Positions 10,130 to 20,618 of a DNA stretch of 64,000 nt are shown here, piece after piece (position 1 is the stretch's first letter; each line of letters opens with the position of its first letter). The stretch lies in assembly GCF_001316265.1 (NCBI RefSeq), contig NZ_BBDN01000003.1:123339-187338 (forward strand). The letters run 5' to 3'. The stretch comes from Vulcanisaeta sp. JCM 16159. GTDB taxonomy: Archaea; Thermoproteota; Thermoprotei; Thermoproteales; Thermocladiaceae. Under the pieces are notes generated by a model that searched no databases, was not told the origin of the DNA, and saw only the letters and a program-made list of their open reading frames with translations. Both the position numbers and the translations under genes were made by a program.

Positions 10130-10395
10130 TCATTGCTAATTTTATATAAGTTTATTAACTTATCGTTATGTTAGCCCTGAGAACTACTGATTGAAGAGTC
10201 TTACGCAGCCCAGATTTTACTTAGCCGTGGAGCTAACATTCGTTGAATATTTTAATGCGCATTTTCATAAATAGTAAGGTAGATCGTGGTTATTTTTGTT
10301 TAGTGGTGTTTTGTGAAAGTTTTGTTTGTGTGGTGGAGGAAGGGAAAGGGGGAGAAATTGGTTGTTTTGATTTTGAGTTTTTGTTTTGTTTGGTC

Positions 10396-10587
10396 TTAGG
10401 TTATTATGTTTCCTTGTTCGTCTACTTTGGCTATTACCTTCCTCACGGTCTTTCCGTCTGGCGTCTTGAACAACGCCATCACAAAGCCCTTCCTACCCTT
10501 AGGCTGAACCTTCCAAACCTTCGTTGGTTTTAGCTTTTTGCCCTCTACTTCGTATTCCTTCTTTGCCAGGTCCTCTAGTGTGACCAT
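10396..10587 (-). CDS. cren7: Crenarchaeal chromatin protein Cren7
   Basis: 63 aa, with [28 protein letters not shown]. This matches the Cren7 signature (VW..APKGRKG..GLFKDP.TGK..R). Lys-rich and SH3-like in size. Confidence 0.8.
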   Translation of the reverse strand: MVTLEDLAKKEYEVEGKKLKPTKVWKVQPKGRKGFVMALFKTPDGKTVRKVIAKVDEQGNIIT

Positions 10588-10713
10588 GTTGGTCGTTGTT
10601 TTCGTGGTTGCTTAGTTTAATATGGTAATTGGTTATTTTGTATGTTTGTCTTATTAATGCCTTCGTTGCTTTGGCCTTATGCGTTTACGTGTGGTTTGCG
10701 ATGCGTAGCGCTT

Positions 10714-10721
10714 TTAAACTG
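10714..10721 (+). promoter_or_regulatory. TATA-like box (cttttaaa) about 20-27 nt upstream of tRNA-Gln
   Basis: A/T box at the canonical archaeal promoter distance from the tRNA 5' end. Confidence 0.35.
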
Positions 10722-10740
10722 GTTCCTTGTCTCTGTTATT

Positions 10741-10832
10741 AGCCGGGTCGTCTAGCGGCCAAGGATGGCGGGCTCTGGACCAGCAGGGGTAGAAACCCGT
10801 TGACCCCGGTTCGAATCCGGGCCCGGCTACCA
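10741..10832 (+). tRNA. tRNA-Gln (CUG) with a ~16-nt canonical intron and genomically encoded CCA
   Basis: Acceptor agccggg/cccggct. D-stem gtct/ggat. Anticodon stem gcggg/cccgt with loop ctCTGga. The intron ccagcaggggtagaaa lies 3' of the loop. T-arm cccgg-ttcgaat-ccggg. Discriminator A, then cca. Confidence 0.75.
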
Positions 10833-11184
10833 CTCCTTCGTAACCGTGTTACGGTTTATTGAATTGGTACGTGATTATTTATTTATAAATTGGGTCGGTT
10901 AGTTTTTGTTGGGTTTGTTGGTGTCGTAAATGGGCTCATGAGTATTGCTATTGTGTGTTTCCATTGTATGTGATTGTTGAGACCTTGCATGCTTAATGAT
11001 TACTGGGCTTCTAGCATGGGTTTATGTCAATGATGCGTCCTGCAGCGGGTGTGTTTTTAATCGAGTATGCGGTGTTGATTTAGGTCTGGGTCACCATTTC
11101 TTTAGTGCTTAACTACCACGTTATACGTGACCTGGCCTATTAAGGGGAAGATTTTGCTTCTCAGGTTTTTCTTTCAAGCCATGT

Positions 11185-11780
11185 TTAGGGTTTTGATTCC
11201 TTATTGTTACCGTACCTTAGGCCCATTGTGAATGCCTTTATGTTCTTATCCACGTCTTTTCTGATGTTTGCCTTTATTGATTCCTCAATTATGTTTTGCG
11301 GTATGTACTGGTTCAGCCCCACTATTGAGTAGAGCGCACCGAGTATTATCATGTTCTCGTAGATGATACTACCCAGCTTAAGTGCATCATCATAGGCATT
11401 CACCGTGTAAACCCTCTTTATACTGCTTCTCAGAATGTTCTCTAGCTCGTTTATACTTGGTATTCTCTGTTTCGTGGCCGGCGGCCTTATCAACCTCCTG
11501 TTCACTATGAATATGGTGTTTTTGTTAGCATAACCAACAGCCCTAAGTGCCTCAAGTATTTCGAAGGCCACTACGACGTCCGCGCCTCCTTTGGGTATCA
11601 ATGGTGCGTCTACATCCCCAATCCTAACGTGGACATCTATGGAACCACCCCTCTGGCTTAGTCCGTGGGTCTCGGCAACCAGAGCCTTATAACCAGCCCT
11701 TACGGCTGCATCGCCGAGTACCGTGCGAAGGTCACAAGTCCCTGGCCACCAACGCCGGCTAGGTATATGTTGAGTCTCAT
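11185..11780 (-). CDS. iorB: Indolepyruvate ferredoxin oxidoreductase beta subunit (IorB); frame broken near the N-terminus
   Basis: N-terminus MRLNIYLAGVGGQGLVT, then a frame switch to ...VLGDAAVRAGYKALVAETHGLSQRGGSIDVHVRIGDVDAPLIPKGGADVVVA, continuing into ORF 11185-11601. These are classic IorB/PorG-family motifs. Confidence 0.7.
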
Positions 11781-11790
11781 GATTATCACC

Positions 11791-13641
11791 CTACATCTCT
11801 GCCCACTTCTTCAGCCAATCCCTGACATTGCCCTCGGGCTTTATGGCATTGTATGGACATACCTGGGCGCAGACGGAGCAGCAACGCACATGTTGGTCTA
11901 TCCAAGCCTTCCTATTCTCGAGGGGTACTATTGCCGGGCATGCAATTAGGTTGTAGCATATTCCGCAGGCCCTGCATGCGTCTGGGTCGACGTAGTAACG
12001 CGCCATGTAGCCCCTAAACAACCTTGTGGCCTCCAGCGCGCAGCCTCTCTTCATGACTACGACCGCAATACCGCCCCTCCTAACTACGTTCACGGCTTCC
12101 ATCATCACCTCCTGAGCATTCCTAACATTGAATGGATCTACCGTCCTCACATAATCAGCACCAATCGCCTTAGCAATATCCTCAATGTTTATCGTGCTTG
12201 TTGGGTTTGGTTGTCCGCCTGTCATTGCGGTGACCCTGTTGTCAAGGATCAGTACCAGCATTGGTGTCTTGTTATAAACGGCGTTAACCAGTGCGGGTAG
12301 GCCTGTATGGAAGAATGTTGAGTCGCCAATTATTGATATTACCATTGTCTTGCCGTTGGTTCCGTGGTAAAGACCCATGCCTAGACCTAGGGAGCTGCCC
12401 ATGTTCGTGAGTAGGTCCTGTTCATTGAATGGATTGTTAATACCTAGGCTGTAGCACCCAATGTCGCCACTAAATAAGGGCTTGGCGCCGGCCTTGGCTG
12501 TGACAACCTTCAATTCATAAAATGACGCCGCGTGGGGACAACCTGGACAGAAGACGGGCGACCTCGGCGGTGGTGCGTAGTCGACCTTAACGGTGTTTAA
12601 TGATGAGAATGGATTTACGATATTGAGGGCCTTTGATAATCCTTCCATTACGGAATTGATCGTTAGCTCACCAACCCTATTGAAGATATTCTCCGCCTTA
12701 CCGAGTACCGGCACCCTGACGCCTCATCATAGAGCAAGGCCTTTAATTGGTTCTCAAGCACTGGGTCTCCCTCCTCAATGACGATAACCCTATCGGCCTT
12801 AGTAACGGCATCCATAATCACCTTCCTGGGCAGTGGTACTGGGGTTGCGACATTTAGTATGCTTGCCCTTACACCGTAGTTCTTAATGGCCTCCAGTGCG
12901 TATGTGAATGCCACGCCGCTGGTTATTATGAGCTTTCGCCATCATCTACGTAGGTATGTGGTAATTCCTCAACACCCAACTCAATGTTACTCCACCTCTC
13001 AGTAATTCCTCCTTAAGTGCCCGTGCATTTGCAGGAATTAGTGCGTGTCTCCTTGGGTCCTTAACGTACTCCCTCGAGTACTTGGGAACCTCTGGCGTGC
13101 ATATGGTTACTGGGCCTCTCACGTGCGATACCCTGGTAACTGTCCTCATCATCACTGGGTGCCCGTACTTCTCACTAAACTCAATGGCAAGTTTTGTATA
13201 ATCCTTGGCGCTCTGTGGGTCATAAGGCTCGAGGACAGGGATATAGGCGTGAAGCCCAACCCACCTATTGTCCTGCTCATTCTGACTGCTCCACATATTT
13301 GGGTCGTCAGCTGTGACAATCACAAAGCCACCCCTCACACCTGTGTAGGCGCTGGACATTAGTGGATCCATGGCCACGTTGAGACCCACGTGCTTCATGG
13401 TCACCATCGACCTGGCGCCAGCTAGGGCTGCGCCGTAGGCCACCTCGTAGGCCACCTTCTCATTACTACTCCACTCAGCATAAACTCCAAACTCCCTGCC
13501 GTAATCAATGAGGTACTCAATGATTTCGCTTGATGGCGTTCCTGGATAGCCGGCGGCAACGGCTACCCCGGTCTCTAATGCGCCATGGGCAATCGCGTGA
13601 TTACCAAGCATTAGCCTAATCGTGCAGTTGCTCATCAGCAT
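11791..13641 (-). CDS. iorA: Indolepyruvate ferredoxin oxidoreductase alpha subunit (IorA); frame broken twice
   Basis: ORFs 12946-13641 (pyrimidine-binding domain), 12663-12914 (domain II) and 11791-12714 (TPP domain GDIGCY...GDSTFFHTG plus two 4Fe-4S CxxCxxC...CP motifs) together give about 620 aa. Frames go 0, 2, 0. Confidence 0.75.
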
Positions 13642-13907
13642 TACCTAGGCATATGTAATTTAAAGCCTTTCTCCTAGAACTTGATAAATTAATTAGTGAT
13701 ATATTTAGTTTAGTATGGATATATAGTTTATATTCAGCCTAGAATGATATCGTCACGAATCCACATGTCTGGGGCTCATCATCGATGTTCTACCTGTAAT
13801 ACTAATTTATATTATACGGAGCACATAAGCATGAAACACGCGTTTTTAGGTATTGCATTAGTTATTTTAATTGCTTATTTAATATTACCTGGCCCCTAGT
13901 CGGTTTC

Positions 13908-15861
13908 GTGAACAGTATGAGGAGGAATTTGGCGGTACTCTTGGCTGTACTTGCAATAACAGTCTCAGCTGTTGTTCTGGCTATGCAGTATCAGGTATCA
14001 CCAAATGTTAATTCACCATCAACGATAAACCAGCCGTATTACGCAATACTTGAGTATATTGATTATATAAACACGACAAAGGCCATAACCCTTGCGCCTG
14101 GTCAGTCTATTACGATACAGGCGCCGTTACCTCCCGGCCCAGGTTATGTACTTGATTACATCGAGGTTAGCATTAATCCGCCGTCACCGGCCGTGCTAAT
14201 TAGCGGCAGTAATTTAATGTATAGTAAGAATGAAATTGGTGCGATAGTTAGTGCTTACACGACAAGCGACAGTCTATCAATAGCGAATACTGGTAATCAA
14301 CCGTTAAATGAGACAATATCAGTAACGTACGTGTTTGTGAATGAGGAGTATGTGGCATTGAATACATCTACATCATCATTCACACTAAGTATCTCAGTTC
14401 CAGATAGCACTATGCAATATGTGACGCAGCAGGTGATTATGTTATCAATACCGAACTACATGCCCTTTGAGATAGCTAGCGTATCGCTGCCCAATGGTAC
14501 GACATTATCACAGTTAATATCCAGCTGGAGTCCATTGGTCAATTACATAAAGATTGAACCTAAGTACATGGAATTAACGGCTAATGGGCTACCCCCTGGC
14601 CAGTACCAGGTAACGATTAATTACGGCGGTGAGTACGTAATGCCAAGCGCAATGCTGGTTAAGGGTACGGAATTCCTGAACTATACAGTTAACCCAGGCC
14701 AGACCCTAGAGATAACCGGTTCAGAATTTGGAGTTCCACCAGGTTGGAACCTACTGGGCTATATAGTTGTTGTTTATACGGTGCAGCCGCTGGTTGTTGG
14801 TCAGCAGCCTGGTCACTTTGAGGTCATTGCTAATAGGGTCTCGCCAGCCTACCTATACAGTGACTTGATTCAAGTTAGTGGCATTAGTTACTTGCTGCCT
14901 CCATTCATAAGGTTTGCACCGATGATAGGTATTTACATAGTGTATGATAGGTACTTCGAGATTGTCGATAATCTAAATGTACCGCTTGTCGTGACGTTCA
15001 TGCCAATAATCTACAAGCCAATTGGGCAGTGGGTTAACGGTAACCTAGAGGCCACCGTAAGTGACGCTGATGTCTCTAACGGTCTGTGGACCGCATTAGT
15101 TGTTCAGCTTCCCGAGATAGCCCACATATATAAGATAGTCACGCCAAGTGGCACGGTGTACACAGGCCTGGTGAATTCGGAAATACCGTGGGGTTCAGCC
15201 GAGAGATTGGTCTCTATAAGCTGATGGGTCTCAGGCATACATAGCAGTCTCAACACTGGGCGTTAGTGAGACTGGTACATACACTGTTTATGTGAATTGG
15301 ACCCCAATAACAATGCACTTCACCAACACGTTGAATGCCCCAATAAGTGGTGTGGAGGTTCAGGCTTACGTGAATGGTTCATTAATAACAAGCAGTGTTA
15401 GTGACTCTAATGGCAATGCGTACATAAATATTGAGGAACCCACGCCATTCATGGCAACGGTCTATTACGACAATGTGCCTATTTACTATGTTAACGTGAA
15501 TTCATTGATTAATCAGCCAATAGGTATAACGATAGGCCTATACAACGTGACAGTGCTATTTGTTGGCGCAAGGAACCAGGCAATATCAAACGCAAAGATA
15601 TCGCTTTATAGGGTTAGCACTGGGCCAATCTATAATGGCACAACAAGTAATACAGGGACGGCGGGATTCACCAACGTCCTAAGTGGGACATACCTAGTTA
15701 CTGCTCAGTATGGCAATCTAAAGTATAGTGAGTTGGTAACCATAAATGGTAACGACGTGATAACGATAAAGTCAGACATACTTGCCATAATTGATGGGTT
15801 CCCAATAACCACAATGGAGGCATTGATAGGTACGCTGGGGCTTGGAGGTGCCACGCTATAG
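13908..15861 (+). CDS. Large secreted/surface protein with a C-terminal carboxypeptidase-regulatory-like (transthyretin-like) beta-sandwich domain; one frame break near 15215
   Basis: N-terminal signal/TM (LAVLLAVLAITVSAVVLA). Many N-x-S/T sequons. ORF 15292-15861 is in frame +1 and is open from 15217. It carries SDSNGNAY and TSNTGTAGFTNVLSGTYLVTAQ, which are CarboxypepD_reg-like. Confidence 0.55.
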
Positions 15862-15966
15862 CCTTTGCCTTTGTAAACAGAAAAAGTGGTAAGAACTATG
15901 ATGTAGTCACCATGTGAGTTTCTTATTAAAATTTATATAAAACTCAAATTAATTTCTTTAAAATAA

Positions 15967-16462
15967 TCAATGATTTCTTCTCTCGTACTCAATCCTTAAC
16001 TCCCTTGCAAGTTCCATGACCTTATTTAACGGTTCATGCCTAACATCAAAGACCTCATGAATCGAGACCAACCGCCTATACTCTCTTTCAAACCGGAGGA
16101 GTTCTTTTTTTAATGCCTTCAATCCTTTGCGACCTAATTCTCCTAAGCAGTGCTTCACCCCATGAAATAAGCCTTTGGCAGTCAACCTCCAGTCTCCTAA
16201 CAATCATTGGTCTAACAGCCTTGAACTGCTCATCTGTAAGCTCTATAACAGCATATGCAAACTCGCCCTCAAAACCCCTCTCCATTATATCAATTAACTC
16301 CTCCTTTATGTTCAACAGCTTTCTCTCTAGTTCCTGCTGGGGTAGCCAGGAAACAATTACATTGGGTAATACTGAAAATCCTGAATCAATCAAGTGCTTG
16401 TTCACTAACCCCTGAACCTCATCATTACTCCCATATATTAATACCAATACGAATCGTCTCAT
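15967..16462 (-). CDS. Hypothetical protein (about 165 aa), two overlapping ORFs in different frames
   Basis: ORFs 16088-16462 and 15967-16203 overlap. Protein-like composition (Arg/Glu-rich helical C-terminus). No recognisable family. Confidence 0.35.
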
Positions 16463-16809
16463 GGGTCTTTCACGTATGCGCCTAAAACATTAATTATTAA
16501 TTCTTTTACAAATGAATCCTCAACAACACCCACCAGTGAGATCCTTACAGATATTAACTCCCTACGGGAACCATCATCGTAACCCACAAACTCCCACTCA
16601 AGGCCGTTAATTACGTCCCTACGATAAATCAACCGCACATCACCAACCCTGAGTGATTGGTCAATTGGTAAATTCCACGGGGCAACAACGTCAATACTAA
16701 GTATTGCCTCACCCTCGCTGAGATTAAGAAGTCTAGCCACCGACGTGTTTCCACACACGTATTCCCTAATGGTTCCCTTATTAATTACATTAATACCTTC
16801 GCACTTCAT
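16459..16809 (-). CDS. Hypothetical protein (116 aa)
   Basis: ORF whose stop overlaps the downstream gene start (ATGA), suggesting an operon with 15967-16462. Confidence 0.4.
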   Translation of the reverse strand: MKCEGINVINKGTIREYVCGNTSVARLLNLSEGEAILSIDVVAPWNLPIDQSLRVGDVRLIYRRDVINGLEWEFVGYDDGSRRELISVRISLVGVVEDSFVKELIINVLGAYVKDP

Positions 16810-16877
16810 ATTTCGGCAATTCCCCCAACACTCATTTTATTACTTTTAACTCAGAGGTAGAGAAGGGTTTAAATACT

Positions 16878-17360
16878 ATGTATTACTTGAAATACTTGAT
16901 TAACATGTCTAGCAGTTCAGGCAGTGGTGAGGAAAGCAGTGAGAGGAAGACTGTAACTATTAGGGGATTAAGCACTGACATTTACGACAGAGTAAGCAGG
17001 CTTGCTAGAGAAACAGGCACAACAATTGGTGAGATAGTCAACGAGGCCCTAAGGAGATACATAACAACGTTAGAGAACATATCCAGGGCAATTGATAACA
17101 TGATTAGTGCTGGCAACGTCGTTGTAATAAGCGGTGTCTCCTCATTAACAGTAACCAGGGCTGACCTCGAAGCCTTGGATAAGCCCGTGATTTTCAAGGA
17201 CATGGATGAGCTCATATTTACTGAAGACGTCAATAATGATATAATAAGGAGTAAGGTTGCCAGGATAGTCAATGTTAATACAGTCTACGTACCAAAGTCA
17301 GTATCAACATTGTTAATAGCCTCAAAGAGCGAGCTTGTCAAGAAGATTGTACCAAGGTGA
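16878..17360 (+). CDS. Putative ribbon-helix-helix (CopG/Arc-like) DNA-binding protein with a C-terminal domain
   Basis: KTVTIRGLSTDIYDRVSRLARETGTTIGEIVNEALRRYI has a beta-strand / helix-helix pattern typical of RHH regulators. Confidence 0.4.
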   Translation: MYYLKYLINMSSSSGSGEESSERKTVTIRGLSTDIYDRVSRLARETGTTIGEIVNEALRRYITTLENISRAIDNMISAGNVVVISGVSSLTVTRADLEALDKPVIFKDMDELIFTEDVNNDIIRSKVARIVNVNTVYVPKSVSTLLIASKSELVKKIVPR

Positions 17361-17395
17361 TTAACCTTTAATTAGGGTATACCGTTTAAAATCAC

Positions 17396-18310
17396 GTGAG
17401 GGTTCTTGTTATTGGTATTGGTTCGATGGGTTTGAATCACATTAAGGTTCTTACGCAATTGAAGAAGGAGGGATTGGTAACGGAAGTTTATGCAGCGGAC
17501 ATTGATAAGCAGAGACTTGAAATGGCCAAGAACCAAGGTGCAGACCTAGTATTTACTGACTACCGTGAGGTATTATCGCACAGGCCAGATCTGGGTATAG
17601 TAGCTGTGCCAACATCACTCCATTACGTAGTCGCAAGCGAATTAATAAACCACATGGACCTACTAATAGAGAAGCCAGTCACTGAAAGACTGGGTGAGGC
17701 ATTAGAACTATATCGTAGGTCAAGGTCCCTTGGCCGAAGGGTCTTCGTAGGCCATATAGAGAGGTTTAACCCTGCATATAGGGCTTTAATCAATGAAATT
17801 GGTAATGAGGAACCGGTTTATGTAGGGACGATAAGGGTTGGAAAGTTAAGGGGCAATCCCCAATCATACGTTAATGTACTCCTTGACCTGGGGATTCATG
17901 ACATAGACCTCGTACTTAACATTATTAATGAGGGCAAGGTTAAGATACTAGGTACTGTCCTCAGAGGTAACCCAATCAGCAGTGCATGGGCTTTACTAAA
18001 TATTGGCGATACCGTGCATGCCCTCCACGTGTCCTGGGATTACGAAGTGAGGGTTAGGAGAATGCACGTGACACTAAGGAGTAGGTACTACGAGGTTGAC
18101 TTATTAAATAGGGTTTTGGCGCATGATGGTGCAAAGCAGGTTATCGAGGGCCCAGACCAATTAAGGCAGGAATTAACACATGTATTAAATGTCTTAAGGG
18201 GTGTTGAAAAACCAATTATAGATATTACCGACGGTATTAGAGCATTGGCAGTAATCAATGGCATAATTACCGGCAGCTCCACCATAGACCTGGATACAAT
18301 ATTAATGTGA
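17396..18310 (+). CDS. Gfo/Idh/MocA-family NAD(P)-dependent oxidoreductase
   Basis: GTG start. N-terminal Rossmann motif MRVLVIGIGSMGLNHIK. EKP motif (LIEKPVT) characteristic of the family. Confidence 0.7.
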   Translation: MRVLVIGIGSMGLNHIKVLTQLKKEGLVTEVYAADIDKQRLEMAKNQGADLVFTDYREVLSHRPDLGIVAVPTSLHYVVASELINHMDLLIEKPVTERLGEALELYRRSRSLGRRVFVGHIERFNPAYRALINEIGNEEPVYVGTIRVGKLRGNPQSYVNVLLDLGIHDIDLVLNIINEGKVKILGTVLRGNPISSAWALLNIGDTVHALHVSWDYEVRVRRMHVTLRSRYYEVDLLNRVLAHDGAKQVIEGPDQLRQELTHVLNVLRGVEKPIIDITDGIRALAVINGIITGSSTIDLDTILM

Positions 18311-18673
18311 GAAATCAATAATCGACTTAACCTTAACAATGTACTTACTCGCCAAATCCTCAGCCCATTTCGGCAATTTTAATGTCACAACCACCTCATT
18401 GATTAGGGTCTCCACATCATCGCAATCACCCAATCCCTGATCCCTACAAATCTTAACCAAGTACCTACTCCTAGCCTCAAACAAATCCCTATCCATGTTA
18501 ATCCTATTACACTCATGATCGTAAGTCCAACCCCTCCTCAAATCCCTCAAATGAAGAAGAAGGTGCGCGACAACTCTACCCAGGTCCATAGGCCCAGGCG
18601 CCACGTAAATACCCTCATTAATTGCGTAACAACTACTACGCCCCATGTAAATATTAGCCATCGAATTAATCAA
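18302..18673 (-). CDS. Hypothetical protein (123 aa)
   Basis: ORF convergent with the oxidoreductase. No family recognised. Confidence 0.3.
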   Translation of the reverse strand: MINSMANIYMGRSSCYAINEGIYVAPGPMDLGRVVAHLLLHLRDLRRGWTYDHECNRINMDRDLFEARSRYLVKICRDQGLGDCDDVETLINEVVVTLKLPKWAEDLASKYIVKVKSIIDFSH

Positions 18674-18825
18674 TAAACCAAGACAAATAAAGGTAATGCT
18701 CTTAATGATTAAAGGCCATTAGTATCAATATAATAGGTGTGGAAATACGGAGATGAGAATGTCTCATGATGATTGAGTATTACGCACGTATATTGAAGAA
18801 TGATTAGCCATAAAACAACGATTTG

Positions 18826-18920
18826 TGGTGGGCCCGCCGGGATTTGAACCCGGGATTTCGGGCACGTTGACGTGACTCCCGCGCGTGAGGCGGGCATCCT
18901 AACCGCTAGACTACGGGCCC
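18826..18920 (-). tRNA. tRNA-Val (CAC) with a non-canonical ~19-nt intron in the variable-loop region and encoded CCA
   Basis: Minus-strand sequence GGGCCCG-ua-GUCU-agcgguua-GGAU-g-CCCGC-cuCACgc-GCGGG-ag[ucacgucaacgugcccgaaa]uc-CCGGG-uucaaau-CCCGG-CGGGCCC-a-cca. The anticodon arm is complete without an intron. An extra 19-20 nt with a cacg/cgtg hairpin sits between the anticodon stem and the T-stem. Confidence 0.75.
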
Positions 18921-18943
18921 GGGTTCATTTGAATGATGTGCAT

Positions 18944-18952
18944 CTTTTAAAG
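18944..18952 (-). promoter_or_regulatory. TATA-like box (ctttaaaag on the minus strand) about 24-32 nt upstream of tRNA-Val
   Basis: A/T box at the canonical distance from the 5' end of the minus-strand tRNA. Confidence 0.35.
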
Positions 18953-19464
18953 CATTTTTCCCAAAGGCCCACGTTGACTTGTCGATGGTCCGTCATATTG
19001 CCATTTTTGTTCTGTTTCTTCTGGTTTTTAATTTTCTATTTTTTTTCCTAGATATATGTTAACTGGATGGTTATGATTTATATCCTAGGTGGTCACAGCG
19101 GTCTCGGTATGAATAGGAAAATAAGGCCGACGGCCTTCCCTATAAGACCCGTGTTTATATTAATAACCAAGTTTTGATACCATCGGATTTAGTTAAGAAT
19201 CTCGCATTGAGAAATGCCTATTTGCTAATGTAGTTATTAAGTATGGGAATAATGTCATAAGCATTAATGGTGTTAAGCTCCTTAGGAACAAACGCGCATC
19301 GTCTCGGCAGTTCACAATACCGAGGGAGGTTAGGGAGCCTACGGCATTAAACCACTGGATGACATTGAAATTGTCAGTATTGAACCAGCCAAGCCCCTTG
19401 ATAATACTAATAATGGGGAGAATGAACCACCGAGTCCTTAGACCACCCTTACTTTCCGCAGTAC

Positions 19465-20577
19465 CTACTCTATCGTTGTTTTCGTTCTATAAATTTTAAT
19501 GTTCTCCTTCCGGAGTGCGTTTATCACATGACTCAGTAAGTTCCTATTTGCCATGTACGCTTCCTCAATTGGTATCAATCCTTCACCCCTGACCTCACCT
19601 CTAGCCACTAGGTCGGCCACGATTGCGGCTGTAAAGCCCGTGAGCCTGGCCATTGATGTGAAGCCTCCCTGAGCATAATCAACACTCTCAAACCTAACAA
19701 TGGCCTTATCACCGTTTACCTCGCCCCTAGCCTCAACAACAGTTATTGAGAAGTCATTAGTACCGGGCTTCAATGACTTAGATAGAACGAACTTCGCGGT
19801 CTCGAGGTCACTTAGTAACCCAAGGTCTCTGAGAACCCTCATAACCTCCAAGTGCCTCCTCCACCTAATAGTCCTCTCATAGGTGTTCTTCAGGGTTTTG
19901 AAGCGCCTTGGTAATGTAATCAGCAGGGTGCTTAAGCCGTTGGTGTAGAACTCCGCGAAATCACCGTCAACGAGCCAAGACTTAAAATCAAAGACCTCAC
20001 TTAAGGGTTCTATTGAGACTACTTTGCCATCCCTAATGATGGTGGCGGGCCTAATGTATTCATCAATAGTACTTTCCAACGAGAAGAGTAGCTCATAGTA
20101 AAGTGGCGGTTTTGGATTAATTGGATTGCCACCGACGTGAATACCAACTTCCTCAACAACCTCAAGCTCGCTTGCGGCAGCCATCGCCAGTAGATTTGTT
20201 AGCCCGGGGGCCCAGCCACAGGCTGGAATAACAATAGATCCGCTACTTAACCTACGGGCTAGTCCCTCATCGTACTTCCACATGAATATTAAGTCAATCA
20301 CCGGCTTATCAAGCTCATGGATTTTAAGGACTACTTTATCGGCAATCGACTGCGGAACAGCACTAATAATTACATCATTCTCGCCAGCAATACTTTTTAG
20401 GGAATCATCACGTGTGACATCAATCTTAAACGCATTGTTTATACCAATTCTCTTAGCCTCATTAATTGCCTCTTCATTCACATCATACCCATTAACAATA
20501 TTACTCGTATATTTAACTAAGTAATGGGCGATGGCACGGCCCATGGGACCCAAACCAATGACACCTATGGAAACCAC
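19465..20577 (-). CDS. Saccharopine dehydrogenase-like NAD(P)-binding oxidoreductase
   Basis: N-terminal Rossmann motif VSIGVIGLGPMGRAIA. The length and the central ACGWAPGLTNLLA motif match the Sacchrp_dh family. Confidence 0.6.
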   Translation of the reverse strand: MVSIGVIGLGPMGRAIAHYLVKYTSNIVNGYDVNEEAINEAKRIGINNAFKIDVTRDDSLKSIAGENDVIISAVPQSIADKVVLKIHELDKPVIDLIFMWKYDEGLARRLSSGSIVIPACGWAPGLTNLLAMAAASELEVVEEVGIHVGGNPINPKPPLYYELLFSLESTIDEYIRPATIIRDGKVVSIEPLSEVFDFKSWLVDGDFAEFYTNGLSTLLITLPRRFKTLKNTYERTIRWRRHLEVMRVLRDLGLLSDLETAKFVLSKSLKPGTNDFSITVVEARGEVNGDKAIVRFESVDYAQGGFTSMARLTGFTAAIVADLVARGEVRGEGLIPIEEAYMANRNLLSHVINALRKENIKIYRTKTTIE

Positions 20578-20618
20578 AAGACCAATAATTACTAAGGTCT
20601 TTATTAGTTCTTTCAGGT

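Noticed and set aside
12593-13362. Plus-strand ORFs 12593-12781 and 13045-13362
   Set aside because: They are antisense to the well-supported iorA coding sequence and are shadow ORFs.
11791-13641. Calling iorA, iorB, ABCE1, psmA, tbp and others as pseudogenes
   Set aside because: The frame breaks are single-base homopolymer indels that also hit indispensable genes. Sequencing or assembly error is the more parsimonious explanation, so these are reported as CDS with a caveat.
18760-18830. Possible C/D-box sRNA (atgatga ... ttga motifs) upstream of tRNA-Val
   Set aside because: There is a C-box-like RUGAUGA, but no properly spaced D box (CUGA) or terminal stem could be found. The evidence is insufficient.
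18709-18897. 62-aa ORF on the minus strand
   Set aside because: It is entirely overlapped by the tRNA-Val gene and its promoter. It is an artefact of the GC-rich tRNA sequence.
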